A stretch of 64,000 bases of DNA from Geosiphon pyriformis uo1 (GCA_016748015.1 JAAOMT010000480.1:248001-312000); one strand, 5' to 3'. Shown: positions 24,920 to 37,743, numbered from the stretch's first letter. The notes: generated from the letters alone by a model not told the origin. Numbers and translations: made by a program.

Positions 24920-25518
24920 TTTTGATTTTAACCATTTTAAAAACTTAAATTGAATTTTTAAATTTGATAAATAATTAACAAATTAACAAATTAATTAAAA
25001 AGGCATGTAGCAAATTTGGTTTGAATAACTGATTATTTTCCGATTCTTTTACACAAATATATAACCACAAAAGATTAGTTTGAAATATCAAAAGTTTGGT
25101 AATCATTAAATTGAGTTATGAGTTCCGTGAGATAAAAAAAAAGTTAATTCGATTTTAAAAACGCTTATCTTAACAAGTTTTTTCTAACTATGCTATGGTC
25201 GGTTACACGGAGCCAACTTTAAATCAAATATTTGAATTGCAGTAAAGATGTAGCCACAATTCCTGACATTGGGGGATAATCTGCAAAACAAGGTAATAAC
25301 CGAGTTACCGAAAATGAGCCCTTGTTTGTTGGAAATTATATAAATATGAGAAGAGGAGGTTTAGGTGAGATGGGATTAAAATTATATTACGATATGGTGA
25401 TCTAAAGTGCAAAAGATCTACCAAATTTAGAAAAAAAAAATTTTCTCACACGGCCGAAATAGTAAAAACTTGTTTCCCAATGGTTGATCGTTTCTTTGTG
25501 TCAAAAAAAAAAAAGGCA

Positions 25519-25526
25519 TATAAAAA
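25519..25526 (+). promoter_or_regulatory. Candidate TATA box of the 25708 gene
   Basis: TATAAAAA about 190 bp upstream of the ATG, followed by a pyrimidine tract and an A-rich leader. Confidence 0.4.
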
Positions 25527-25635
25527 GGATGTTTGAAGAGGAATACAATAGAAATTTATCGTACCAAACCTATTTTCAAGTTCGAGGCGATACAAATTTA
25601 TATTATTCCTCTTCTTAAAAGCTTTTCTCTTTTAA

Positions 25636-25685
25636 CCAAACCAAACCAAACCAAATCAAATCAAATCAAATCAAATCAAATCAAA
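25636..25685 (+). repeat. Compound pentanucleotide repeat (CCAAA)4(TCAAA)6 in the probable 5' UTR
   Basis: Read directly; ends 22 nt before the ATG at 25708. Confidence 0.9.
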
Positions 25686-25707
25686 TTAATATAATCAATC
25701 ATCGAAA

Positions 25708-26691
25708 ATGGTTCGTGAAATGATTGAAAAAGCGATCGAAGATTATCTCGATACACATCGTGATAATATTAGAGTTCATGTAGAAAAAAATTTAAATTCA
25801 ACAAAAAGTAATATTGTGGAACACCTTCCTGACCATGTTGTGAATTTTTTGAAAAGTCATCTCGAAAAAAGACACAAAGAATCTGGAGGCAACTTTTTGG
25901 GAACAATTATCAACAGCGTTTCTTCTTTGGCGACAGGATTATCAGAAAACTTTAAAAATGAAATTCGTGAAGCAACAAAACATCATGTTGATAAAGCTAC
26001 TGAAGGTTCTACCGATTATATTACTGATACCGCTGTGAAAGAATCAAAAGTTGCCGTGAAATCTTTGACGAAGAAAGATGATGATGACCATAAATTTTTT
26101 CAAAATTTTGACCTCAGTTTTTTGGGTGAGGGTAAAGTCGGTATCGTTAATAAGATTTTGGAATTAATTCGACCCCCGATTCGTCGTGTCAGTAATGAGA
26201 TCAAGGAAAAAGTATCTTCAAGCTTCCCTAAACATATCAAGAAACTCATATTACATGATTTAGGTGGTAAATTACCTGGTTCCGATAAAGATGGTGATGG
26301 TGTGAATGATAATATTCAATCCGTTCTAGCCTTATTAGGAGGTGGTGGTCGTAAAAAAGGTGGTGATGGTAATAGGGAAGGCGGGGATGATGATGATGAT
26401 GATGATAATGATTTCCTTGATAAGATTTTACATCGTCTTCCTCAAAAAATTCATGATTTTCTTACACCGTTTTTGGAAAAGTTTGAAGAAGGGCTAATGC
26501 AAAATATATCTTTTGAATTACATAATAGAATATTTAGTGAGGATTATTTCAAGAAAGGTGTTTTATCATTCTTAAAACTATTTGGTGGAAGTGGTGGTAG
26601 CGGGGATGGAAAAGGAGATGGTGATCGAAATTTGTTTGGGCAAGTTCTTGGTTTATTTAAGAAAGGAAAAGGCGATGATGATGATGATTGA
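25708..26691 (+). CDS. Hypothetical 327-aa intronless protein with amphipathic helices and Gly/Asp-rich linkers
   Basis: Long uninterrupted ORF, good start context (AAAATGG), CpG-containing and gene-like. No family recognised. Confidence 0.85.
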   Translation: MVREMIEKAIEDYLDTHRDNIRVHVEKNLNSTKSNIVEHLPDHVVNFLKSHLEKRHKESGGNFLGTIINSVSSLATGLSENFKNEIREATKHHVDKATEGSTDYITDTAVKESKVAVKSLTKKDDDDHKFFQNFDLSFLGEGKVGIVNKILELIRPPIRRVSNEIKEKVSSSFPKHIKKLILHDLGGKLPGSDKDGDGVNDNIQSVLALLGGGGRKKGGDGNREGGDDDDDDDNDFLDKILHRLPQKIHDFLTPFLEKFEEGLMQNISFELHNRIFSEDYFKKGVLSFLKLFGGSGGSGDGKGDGDRNLFGQVLGLFKKGKGDDDDD

Positions 26692-27096
26692 TAAAATTTA
26701 TACATTTTTTTTTTGGATTTTGTATTGACTAAAACTGGTCATTTAGTTTTCAATTATCATATCAAAAGGATAGGTAGGTTAGGATAGGATAATAATCATG
26801 TAAAGCTTTACAGTAAATAAAAATCAAATTTATCTCAAAAATTAATATTTTATTTTAAATACTATTTTTATATTTTTGGAGCATTAAATAATAATTATTA
26901 TTATTACTTTTGTGAATATATATATTTTATTTATTAATTATTGTTACTAAGAAAAAAGATTGGATTTAAATTGACAAATCCCCAATGCCAAGGTTTTTTT
27001 AATAATCATTAATAACAATCATCGGTACTTTATAATGTTAATTTATAAAATTCTCGCTTTTTTCTCTAGAAAAATTCCGTTTTCACCCTATTAAAT

Positions 27097-28745
27097 ATGA
27101 AAGGAATCTTCATTTCTTCTTTCTTATTACTTCTTATATGTTTGTCCGATGAACATATTGTCAATGCGAAAAAAGGTCCTGTTCTTTTGACAACCGTCAA
27201 AACATTGACCCTTTATAAAGGGAAAAAAACAACCGGAAAACGTACTTCTCCAGGTGTGTTGTCTGTTGAAGGTTTCAGATATAATCGGGAATTTTGCTTG
27301 AAAAATATTTTCTATTAATCATTATATTGCCTAATTCCACAAAGTTCCACAAATTGAATGTGTGGGTGGGGACGCTTGTCACATCTTTGAACCAGGTAAA
27401 CAGCTAGCTTATGATAGGAAATAATTTACATTCTATTTTTTATTTAAGATTTGTTTCGAATTCTTCAATATTTTGCTTCAGATGTAATCCAATGTAACAA
27501 TATGGGCTCTGATGGTGAAGATGTCCAGTGGAAATGTCAAGCAGAGTTACCAGATATTTTGATGTTTGGTCGCATTGAAGTCGGCTGTGAAGGTTTGTAA
27601 TTTTTATTGACGACCCTAGAAAATTATATCGCGTGCCAATCACATCTCAACTTTTTGCTTAACAAGTGTAGGTTATGATTATCCTGAAGATCCTTATATA
27701 CTAAGAGGTATCTCTAAAGTGTACCTGATTTGTTACTTTATCATCTCAATTTTTTCCCCCTTGTTGATTACGATTTTATTATTATCATCTTGTAAAAGGG
27801 AGCTGCGGTCTGCAATACACATTATACTTTAACGACCTTGGAAATAAGAAAAAAGAAACAAAAAACCGGCCTTACTCGGACTCGGATCCTAAAGATCACC
27901 ATATACCAAAAGATTGGGATGGCCCGCCACAAAAAGGTATTCATAATCTTGAATTCATATTTTTTAGATTGCTTGCTATTACGTTCCACCTTTGTATTAA
28001 AATCTGTCTGTCGCTTTCACCCTGCAGGATCTAAATTGTTCACTTATATATTCACATCCGCATGGCTTGGTGTATGTGCCTTTATTTTTTATAATATTTA
28101 TTTGTCATTGCGCAGGCAAGTAAAAAATTTTAGAAATTTCAATATTTGGTCAACAACTTTAATGCACTTTCTAAAAGTTTATTTTCTAAAATATTACTTT
28201 TTAGCCCAAATCCTCAAAATCGATGGCCAGCCGGAAATTTTGGTTCGCTTTCTCGCTTCTTATTTCTATATGATGTTTAAACTCGACTATTTTTTGATGT
28301 TTATCCTCAACATTATCAAGATTCCACACCACCACCGCCATATTCTCCAATGCCTTCATCTTCCCATTTTTCAACACAAACACCTCCACAACAGACAAGA
28401 GGTATCTTCGATAACGTTAGATCAATTCCAAGACCAGGTTTCTGGTCAGGGGTTGGTTTAAGTGGTTTAGCCCATCTAGCCAATCACTATCTGCTCAATC
28501 GAAATAATAATAATAATAAGCAAGAACAACAAACTGAACCCACATCGAGGTCGGCAATTAGTTTAAAATTTAGCTTTCCAGTCTGTATTTTCTTTAATAT
28601 TATTTATATTTCATTTAGACAACATGCAACGGGCAATAATACATTTGACAGGCGATACAGGGACGATTTTAAAAATAATTCTTCCTCTAGTGATTCTTTC
28701 GATTTTAAAACTTCTACAGGATTTGGAGGGACGAAAAGGCGTTAA
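27097..28745 (+). CDS. SARAF: SARAF/TMEM66 (DUF1183) store-operated calcium entry-associated regulatory factor homologue, multi-exon
   Basis: Signal peptide; spliced motifs LTLYKGKKTTGKRTSPVPQIECVGG, VIQCNNMGSDGEDVQWKC, CEGYDYPEDPYILRGSCGLQY; TM helix; PGFWSG; C-terminal STGFGGTKRR. Internal 3' exon boundaries are only partly resolved. Confidence 0.9.
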
Positions 28746-28867
28746 TTTTTCATTAGTCATCTTTCAACTGCACTATTAAAACATCTTTTAATGATATAAC
28801 GTGACTTAAATTTATCATCAAATAATCATGAAATAAAAAGTTGCATTCTCATAAGAATAGTGAAGAA

Positions 28868-30275
28868 ATGGTATATAAATTGAGTCGTTCTTTCTTGAAC
28901 CAAAGTTTCAAGTATAGTCGTTTTTTTTCCTCGAAATGTCTTCGAGAAACACGTGAAGAGCTTCGAGCTCTCGGGAAAGGTTCAATTGAATTTAAACCCG
29001 ATTTCTCACCCAGTGTAGGACTTATAACACTTCGGTATTTCACTTGTTACTTCTCTTGTGCCACTCTTTCAACGCATTATTTACCTCACTTTAAAGGAAT
29101 CCCGAACGGCATAATGCACTCTCTGGAAAAATGATGGCGGAACTAGCTGACATTGTTGATCGCCTTGAAGAAATAGTGAGGGGAAAAGAGTGTAACACTA
29201 TTGAAGATAGTCTGGTCGGGTTGATCATGGAAGGAAGTGAAAAAAAATCTTTCTGTGGTGAGACTTGTATACCAGATAATGGGGAAATTAAAAACTAATA
29301 TCGTTTGCTTTCGATGTAATTTGCATTTTGATTTATCTGAGAAACAAATTTGTGAATATAGCGGGTTTAGGTAAGAGCCTCAATAATGATCATTACTATT
29401 GACCAATTATGGCTGAAATTTCTAGTTGATAGACTTGAGTGTAGCAAGAGATCATATTCTCGAACCGGAAAGTGGTGCAAAGATGAGCTCTTTGATGCAA
29501 GATACTCTCTTTCGCTTCAATCGTCTTTCGCTCGTATCAGTCGCTGCTGTTGAAGGTTATGCATTAGGCGGTGGTGCTGAATTGACGACTGCGTGTGATT
29601 ATCGATGCCTCGCAAAATTGGCTCAAGTGAGATTTGTGGTATGAAAAATATATCGATTTTGATCTGCTTATTATAGCTCTAAAGGCCTTTTTTTTAATTT
29701 TATTCTCATACCTCATTTAAGTAGCAAATCAAAATGGTATGGGTTAACCTTTGACAAACGCTTTACTTATCGAATTGACAATTTGAATAATCTAAGGCTT
29801 ATTTGATGAGGCCACAACGCCTGGATGGGGTGGAGGTGCAAGATTAGTTAATATAGTGGGTCAAAGAAAGGTAAGAGAAAAAATTCGACACTCCAGCATA
29901 ATGATTGGTATCATGTTAAATCTTATTTATTTATTTTTTTAGGCTTTGACATTATTGGGGACAAGTAGAGCGTTGAAAGGACAAGAAAGTGTAGAAATTG
30001 GATTTACTGACATGGTGGCAGAAAATAGGGAGGCTGTAACTACTGCCACTCATTTTTTGGATTCTTTTGTCTACTCGGATAATTTTGAAAAAAATGGAAT
30101 TGAGAAATTTAGGGAAAGGAATTCTGTAAAAGCTATGCGTAGTATGAAAACAATCATTGCCGCTGCAAAAGAAATACCTGAACCAGTTCGTCATTTAGAG
30201 CATTCATTATTTGCAAACTTGTGGGGTGCCCCGGATAATAAAAAGGCTATTTTAGATTCCACCAAAAAATCATAA
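28868..30275 (+). CDS. Crotonase/enoyl-CoA hydratase family protein, ethylmalonyl-CoA decarboxylase (ECHDC1)-like, multi-exon
   Basis: Spliced: NPERHNALSGKMMAEL, FCAGLDLS, AAVEGYALGGGAELTTACDYR, RFVQIKMATTPGWGGGARLVNIVG, LFANLWGAPDN. Arg/Ser/Phe-rich N-terminus. Confidence 0.88.
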
Positions 30276-30623
30276 TACACCTTATAAAATATAAATACGG
30301 ATTAGATTAGGGTTTTCTCAACTTATTTATATTTGCTGAAAGCTTTTTGCTATCTTTAGATAACATAATGCAAAAAATGAGTAGAAAAAGTTTCCTACCC
30401 TTTTATTTTCAATAGAAGATGGGCAAGAATTTTATCGCCTCATTTGCATATCACCATGATAGAAATTATTGAACTGAGTTGGTAAACGTTTCCTAACTAA
30501 TCGATTCTTTGATTTCTATGTCGTTTTACATTTTTTAATAGCACTTTTTCGTCGGAACATTTTTTTAAAAAAGATGCCATTTGTTCCAGAGTTGAATCAC
30601 TCAAAGATTTATTTGTGAAATTT

Positions 30624-31484
30624 TTAATATCTTCTGGGACTAGAAGACCTTCCACGTCGTCGTCCAATTCTATTTCTTACGCCTCGATCCCTATCTCGAT
30701 CCGATGCAAGAACAGGTGTGGGTGGTCTTATGAAAGCAAAATCGCAATGCAAAACTTGGCCGTAAAGTTTATCACCATTTACAGATTCGATCGCATTTTT
30801 TGCCTCTTTATAAGTCTCATATTCAACAAGAGCATATCCCTGAAAAAAAAAACGAGTCACTTTCTCCCATAGCGTCATTAACAGATTAATTGATTATCTA
30901 GTAAGACCTACTTTTACAAAACCTGTTCGTCGATCCAAATTTAGATGTAGATTCTTGATATCACCAAAGTCAGCAAACTTTTCCATGATTTCTTCCTCAT
31001 TAGATTCTTCATGCAGTCCGACTACAAGTACAATCCAACCCTCAACAGCTAAAATTTAAAATGAGTTGTTAAACGAAAGAAGGAAAGATGTAACAGATGA
31101 TTTGGATTATTTTGAGTTTACGTTACATCTTTGGGCGCGCCCAGCGGCCGCATCTTCTTCAGTGGTTGATTCGAATTGATCATACTTATCAGTACCCCGG
31201 ACTCCATCATGAGAATCTAGAAATTTTTTAGAGAAATATCAAGATTCCGAAATAAATTGTCTTAAGAATGCCTGTTTGAACTTGAACAATACCTCTTTCA
31301 CTTTTAAAACCACGTCCTTTGCGCTTTATAGAAGGTTTGGCATCTATTTTTGTGGAGGTTGAATAAAACAAAAGAGAAATGGAATTTGAAAGACATCAAT
31401 TATTGAAAGAAAACCTTCGTCTTCATCAACTATCATATCCTCGCCCTCGTCAGCGGCGATTTCGATTTCATAAATTGTCGACAT
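30624..31484 (-). CDS. RBM8A: Exon junction complex subunit Y14 / RNA-binding protein 8A, 5 exons
   Basis: Spliced KRKGRGF...[18 protein letters not shown]...[30 protein letters not shown]...; RS-rich tail ending SSSPRRY. Confidence 0.95.
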
Positions 31485-31778
31485 TATTGAAAATATCTAA
31501 CTTTTTAAGAAGGGCTTACTTAGTAAGAAAAAAACTTTTATATTATAAAAACAGATAATGTGACTTGTCCTAGGAATTATTGCCTATTATATCTTATTCT
31601 ATACTAATTTTGGCAGAGATGTAAAATCGAGTTCAAGAATATTTTATATACTGTATCTTCTTCCAAAAGATGATGTATCTAAAAAAAACTATATAGTCTA
31701 TATGAGGGACAGATTATCTGAAGACCAGTTAAATATTTACAAAAGTGTTTTTATTCTCTATTAAAAAAACTATCAATA

Positions 31779-32970
31779 ATGACCATTCATACAAATAAAC
31801 AAGTCCTGAGTTATGTTCGTTTATTAAAGAGCTTTAAAATAAAACAGCTACAATTGAGAATATTTTCATCTTTTCATAGAGGTAGTGAGAACAAAGAGGC
31901 ACGAAAGAGTGAGTCGAACACGAGAATTGATGGTGAACGACTTATCTCCAACTGGAAATCAGAGGTTATCAAAGACACGAAAATTTCCAAAGATTTTATA
32001 ACATCTTCCACCCTTCAATTGTTATCGTTGACTTTGAATCGTAAAAATATAATATCTGACCTTTCAGCTACTCACGTACCTCCAGAAGGCACACCAGTCC
32101 CACCTAATTATCATTTAGCTTATTTCCCTCCACGTGTTTATGAAAGCCAATTGGCAGATGATGGCTATGTAACGACACATTCCCCTCCCTCGCCTTTTTT
32201 GCGAAGAATGTGGGCTGGAGGGGAACTTTCTTTTAACAATCAAAATCCTTTAAGAGTGGGTCAAATAGTAAATATGGAAACCCGATGTCGAGACATCAAG
32301 TTAAAAAATGGTAGTCAAGGGGAGAGTGTTTTTGTTTGGGTTGATCGGGATTTGAGTAATGAGAATGGTTGGAGCATGAGAGATACCCGATGTTTGGTAT
32401 ATATTAAAAGATGTGACAAGAAACAAGAAAGGCGAGTAATTAAAGGTATATATTTTTTTAATAATATATTTGCTCCAGCCACATTAATGTAATCCTCAAT
32501 TTTTGTTTTTCTTAATTTAGTCAATAAAATTGCCGAGTTTCAAAAAACAATTCACCCAAGCAGCATTTTATTATTTCGCTTTTCTGCGTTGACCTTTAAC
32601 AGTCATCTTATACACTTTGATCATCGATACGCCACGGAAATTGAAGGATATCCAGGTATAGTTAAAAGAAAAGTTAGAAAAAGGAAAGAATACTAATCAT
32701 ATTTCTTATTCTCAACGAATGGTAGGATGTTTGGTTCATGGACCACTCACTTGTACCCTTCTTTTGGATTTAATTCGGGATAATTTGAATGAAAGAGACG
32801 CATTTATTAAATCATTTTCTTATCGTGCTTTAAGCCCTTTGATAGTCGATCATGAATTCAAAGTTTGTGGCAAAAAACATGATTCAAAAAAAGAATTTTA
32901 TGAAGTTTGGGCAGAGAATGCTCAAGGAGGGTTAGCGATGAAAGGAACCGCAAATATTGAATTCCTTTGA
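31779..32970 (+). CDS. HTD2: Hot-dog-fold hydroxyacyl-thioester dehydratase HTD2 / mesaconyl-C4-CoA hydratase-like; exons 31779-32445, 32521-32655, 32726-32970
   Basis: RRMWAGG, LFRFSALTFNSHLIHFD, EGYPGCLVHGPL, FSYRALSPL; basic mitochondrial-like N-terminus. Confidence 0.85.
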
Positions 32971-33812
32971 TATTGCGAACCAAAATTAATGGTGGCGTAA
33001 TGTCCACCCAAAAAAATTGTCATGTGTTTTTCCGAATAAGTATAGACGATATCTAAATTAATTAACCGAAAAAACAAACAAATACCTTTTTGCTATTATT
33101 AAAAATGATGATCTTTTCTTGGCAGATGAAAAGATAAACATATGTAAAAAAAAGATCATCTTCCATATAAATTATTTTTCTGAAATTTTATATTGATATT
33201 TTTAGATTTCTAATTCTATTACTAAGTAAGCCTTTTAATTTCCAGTGTTCTAATTCGGAAAAAAGAGAAGCGTCATGATGATACTCAAAATATTTAAAAA
33301 ACTTTAAATATTAATACTACTAATAATAAGAATAATTCTCTGGTAAATAATTAATAAATTAAAATGTTTTCCAGATAAGCTTATGATGGGCGAAAAGTGG
33401 GTCTTTTACCTTTTCGGCTACATTTCCCCCAATCTACTTTGGCAACAAATCACACATGTAGTACTCACTTCATGCACTGAATCCTACCTATCGCTATCCC
33501 CTCTATTATTTTCTCAGCGTTTTTTTTCTTTAGTTTATCACCTATAAAAAATGTTTCATATTACTATATTAGCGATAAATATGGCTCAACCAACCGTTGT
33601 ATTACCAGTAATTATATGATTGATTCGTTTAAATAGATTGGGTTGAAAAGAACTTACAGTTGGGACATCCTGTAGTGAGACTTTTTCCTCGCTATTTTGG
33701 ATTGCTTCTCATTGATCCCATTATCCTAATTATTATTATTATTCATATTAGTTTTACAATAAGAAATTAATCATACTATTAAAAGTTTTTATAAATAAGA
33801 AACTCTCTTGTC

Positions 33813-36800
33813 ATGTCGTCAAAATCGAAAACAGAGCCTCCAGTAAAGGAGGTTCAAACGACGGTTGAAACCTTTGAAAACCCTGATGCACAATTCACCA
33901 TAATAGAACACGTTACCGAAGAAACCCAAGAGTTCGAGACTATAATTGAATCCGAGGAAATACAACCATCAAAATCGGAAACTTTCACCGTCACCTCAAT
34001 TGTTGAACAACCAGTTATTACCAAGGACGAATCTACACAGGTCACTCAAATACCTCAAACTCCAACCGTTCCGATCATCCTCACACCGAAACTTGTTGAC
34101 CGGATTTCTGAAACCTTTACTAATACGTCCCCACCGAAAAATTCCGAAATGTCTGCCGCTAACGAAAATCTACCAACCCTTCAAAGAGATATTTCACCCG
34201 ATTCCCAGATAACACCACAAATTTCTCCTCCAAAGATTCAATTCCTTCCTTTGGAAAAACCCGAACGAACGAGAACAATCGAACCTCCCCCCATCAACGC
34301 ACCTAATTCTAGTTTGTCTTCGAAGTTAAGCACTGAAGTCAAAGCTCAAACACCCAAAGATGACAAAAACGTTGACATCGTATGCAAGATTTGTTCATTT
34401 CGAATTATTTGATGCTTAATTTTTTCGCAATCTCTTGAATTCTCATGTTTTTAATCTATAATACTTTTCAAAGGATGAACATCTTCTTCCAATAGAGCAA
34501 GTTGCTGAACGTTACAAAATAATCCTCAATATGGCTAAACCCTCTGAATCTCGTGGCCTTGATGCTAATCAAGCCGCTACACTTTTAATTAGAAATGGAC
34601 CAAATATTCTGACGCCACCAAAAAAGAAATCAGCCTGGGTTAAGTATTTTGAATGTTTAAGGACCTTATTTAATTTGCTTCTGATAGTGGCTGGTATTAT
34701 GATGTATATTTTATTGATCATTGATTATGAAGCGAATAAATCAAGCGTAAGTTCCCTCATCTTATTTTTAGCATAAAAAATGTTCACTCACCCTTTTCAA
34801 GTCATCTATTGACCAAATCACTTTATTTTATGAAACCAAAAATAGACATATCTTGGAGCCATTTTAATACTTGTTGCTTTCCTAAATGCATTTATTGAGT
34901 TTTATCAACTTCAAAAATCTGCCGCCATTCTCGAGTCTTTTCTGAACATGATCCCTCAAAAGTGCATGGTTATTCGAGAGGGAAAACTTGCGCAAATACA
35001 AGCCGCCGATCTGGTCGTTGGTGACGTTGTGCTCGTGAGAATGGGTGACAAAGTTCCTGCCGATTTGTTAATGTTTGCTACTACTGATATGAAAGTTGAT
35101 AACTCATCCTTAACCGGGGAATCTGATCCTCAAGAACGTACCGTCCACAACTCTCATAAGAATCCTTTGGAGGCTACCAATCTTTGCTTTAATGGTACTC
35201 TTGCCGTGTCTGGAGAAGGCTACGGGATTGTTATTCGTACCGGTGATCAAACTGTTTTGGGACAAATCGCTGGTTTAACTGACTCTGAGGAGAAAAACAA
35301 ATCTCCTCTATCAGTCGAGATCGACAACTTCGTCAAGATAATCGCTACGATTGCCATAACATCCGCTATAGTTTTTTTTGGGATCGGTATGAAAGTTTAC
35401 GATAATCAAGTTTCTTTGACCCTCAGCTTCGCCATTTCCGTTCTCGTTGCCTGGGTCCCAGAAGGTTTACCAGCCACTGTCACCGTTCTTTTAACAATTG
35501 CGGCCAAAAGAATGGCGAGTCAAAATGTATTGGTCAAGGATTTGCAAGGTGTAGAAACCCTTGGGGCCATTACTCTTTTGGCCACGGACAAGACGGGTAC
35601 TCTCACTCGTAATCAAATGACAGTAACCTACATCTGGGCCTCACAACAATTCTACACGGCCTCCCAAACAAACGATCCAAATAATATTTTCGACAAAAAC
35701 GCGCCAGGTGTTCAGGAGATTCTCTACATCTCATCTCTATGTAGCCGAGTAAAATTCGATAGTAATGATATCCCAGTAAAGGAGCGTCAAATTCTCGGCG
35801 ATGCCACCGAGTCGGGGCTTACTCGGTTCGCAATCAACAATATCGATGACTACGATGCCTTAATTCAAGCACATCCAAAGGTGCTCGAGATTCCATTTAA
35901 CTCGGAAACTAAATGGGCCCTTTCAATACACAAGAAACCGCACGAGAATGGTGATCTTACATTATATATAAAGGGGGCACCTGAACGAATCCTTAAACTT
36001 TGTTCCTCCGTTTTGGAAAACAATACCGCTATCCCATTGAACGATAATCACAAAGAAAAATATAACGAGAAATATGAATTTATGGCGTCAAAAGGACATC
36101 GTGTTCTGGCATTCGCTCAATTACTTTTGCCTCGATCTCAATACCCGGAGAACTATGTCTTCAAAAAAGAGGATAAAAATTATCCCCTAGATGGTTTTTG
36201 TTTCGTTGGCTTGGTTTCCTTGGAAGATCCACCGAAACACGGTGTCCGTGAAGCGATTGGACGCTGCCGAACCGCCGGTATTCGTGTAATGATGGTGACG
36301 GGGGATCACCCATTGACCGCCGAAGCTATTGGCCGAAAGATTAATCTAATGTTGTCCGATACAAGGGAGCTTGTTGCGAAACACACTGGACGTTCGATCG
36401 ATTCCATCCAAGATGATGAATATAATGCTATTGTGATTCATGGTGAACAGATTGATTCATTAAGCGATCAGGATTGGGATAATATCTTTTCGAAAAATGA
36501 AATTATATTTGCCCGTACTTCACCACGTCATAAATTAGAAATTGTCAAACGTGCACAATCGATGGGACATATCGTCGGTGTTACCGGGGATGGAGTGAAT
36601 GATTCTCCTGCTTTGAAAAAAGCTGATCTAGGAATTGCCATGAATCAATCTGGTTCAGATGTGTCAAAAGAGGCGGCTGCTATGATCTTATTGGACGATA
36701 ACTTTGCCTCAACTGTCCAGGGTATTGCTGAAGGTCGCCTTATTTTTACCAATCTAAAAAAATCAATTCGCTATACAATCACTCATTCAACGCCTCAAGT

Positions 36801-37743
36801 CATGGCTTGCTTGCTATACGTATTGGTTCCTATTCCTTTGCCCTTACCCCCTATTCTTATTCTGGTCACGGATTTGGGTTTCGAGTTATTTTTAGCGCTT
36901 TCTTTTGCCTGGGATCCACCGGAAAGCGATTCTTATATGAAAATGCCGCCTCGTAAACCGGTAACACCAACAACTGTCAAACGTCATCGGCGTATAGCCC
37001 TTCAACGAGCACCTACCATAATTGATCAAAAAACTGGTGAACGCCTAAAACCTTCCAAATTTTCTGTATTTCTTCATAATTTCAAGAAACCCTTCACCGC
37101 TCAATGGTGGTCGGACACTTTTGAAAGTAAAGAAGGTGAAGTTCTAGTTGATCGTGAACTTTTAAGTTGGTCATACCTTGAAATGGGTATAATAGAAGCG
37201 ATTGGAGCAACACTTGCATACTTTGTGGTACTAAACCACAATCACATATCTCCATATGATGCGCGCACGATGCAAAAATCTGGAACCTCTTACTTCAAAG
37301 GGAATTCACCTGATTATAAACTTTCTAGCGGGCGCACGATTACCGGAAAAGAACAAGAAGAGGCCCTAGGACAAGCAGCGGCTATAGTTTATCTTGGAAT
37401 TATGATGCAACAAATGTTCAACTTATTCGCCGTTAAAGGTAGATACCGGCTTCCGTTCGGCAGATTCATTTTCGCCAATTATCGTAACTTTGCGGGTATT
37501 TTCCTTGGTGGAGCGTTGGGCATGGCAATAGTTTATATTCCTCCATTTAATATCCCTTTCAATACTGATTATCATCTAAGCCCATTGTTTTGGCTCATAC
37601 CGCTTGGGTTTGGTGTGTTTATTTTGATTTATGCCTCCCTTCGACTACTCGTTTTGCGGATTGGAGGATCTGATGATTGGTCCCCCGAAATTCCAGGGTT
37701 GCAGATGTATCCGACTGTTCGTTCAGTGGAAAGAAAAGCATGA
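33813..37743 (+). CDS. P-type cation ATPase, Na+/K+ or H+/K+ alpha-like (P2C-related); exons 33813-34379, 34474-34746, 34846-37743
   Basis: GPNILTPPK, KVDNSSLTGES, VPEGLPATVT, DKTGTLT, GDATE, IPFNSETK, KGAPERIL, MVTGDHPLTA, FARTSP, TGDGVNDSPALKKADLGIAM, GRLIFTNLKKSIRY. Confidence 0.95.

Noticed and set aside
27838-28461. 207-aa ORF reported by the ORF track
   Set aside because: Read-through of SARAF exons and introns in mixed frames, not a separate gene.
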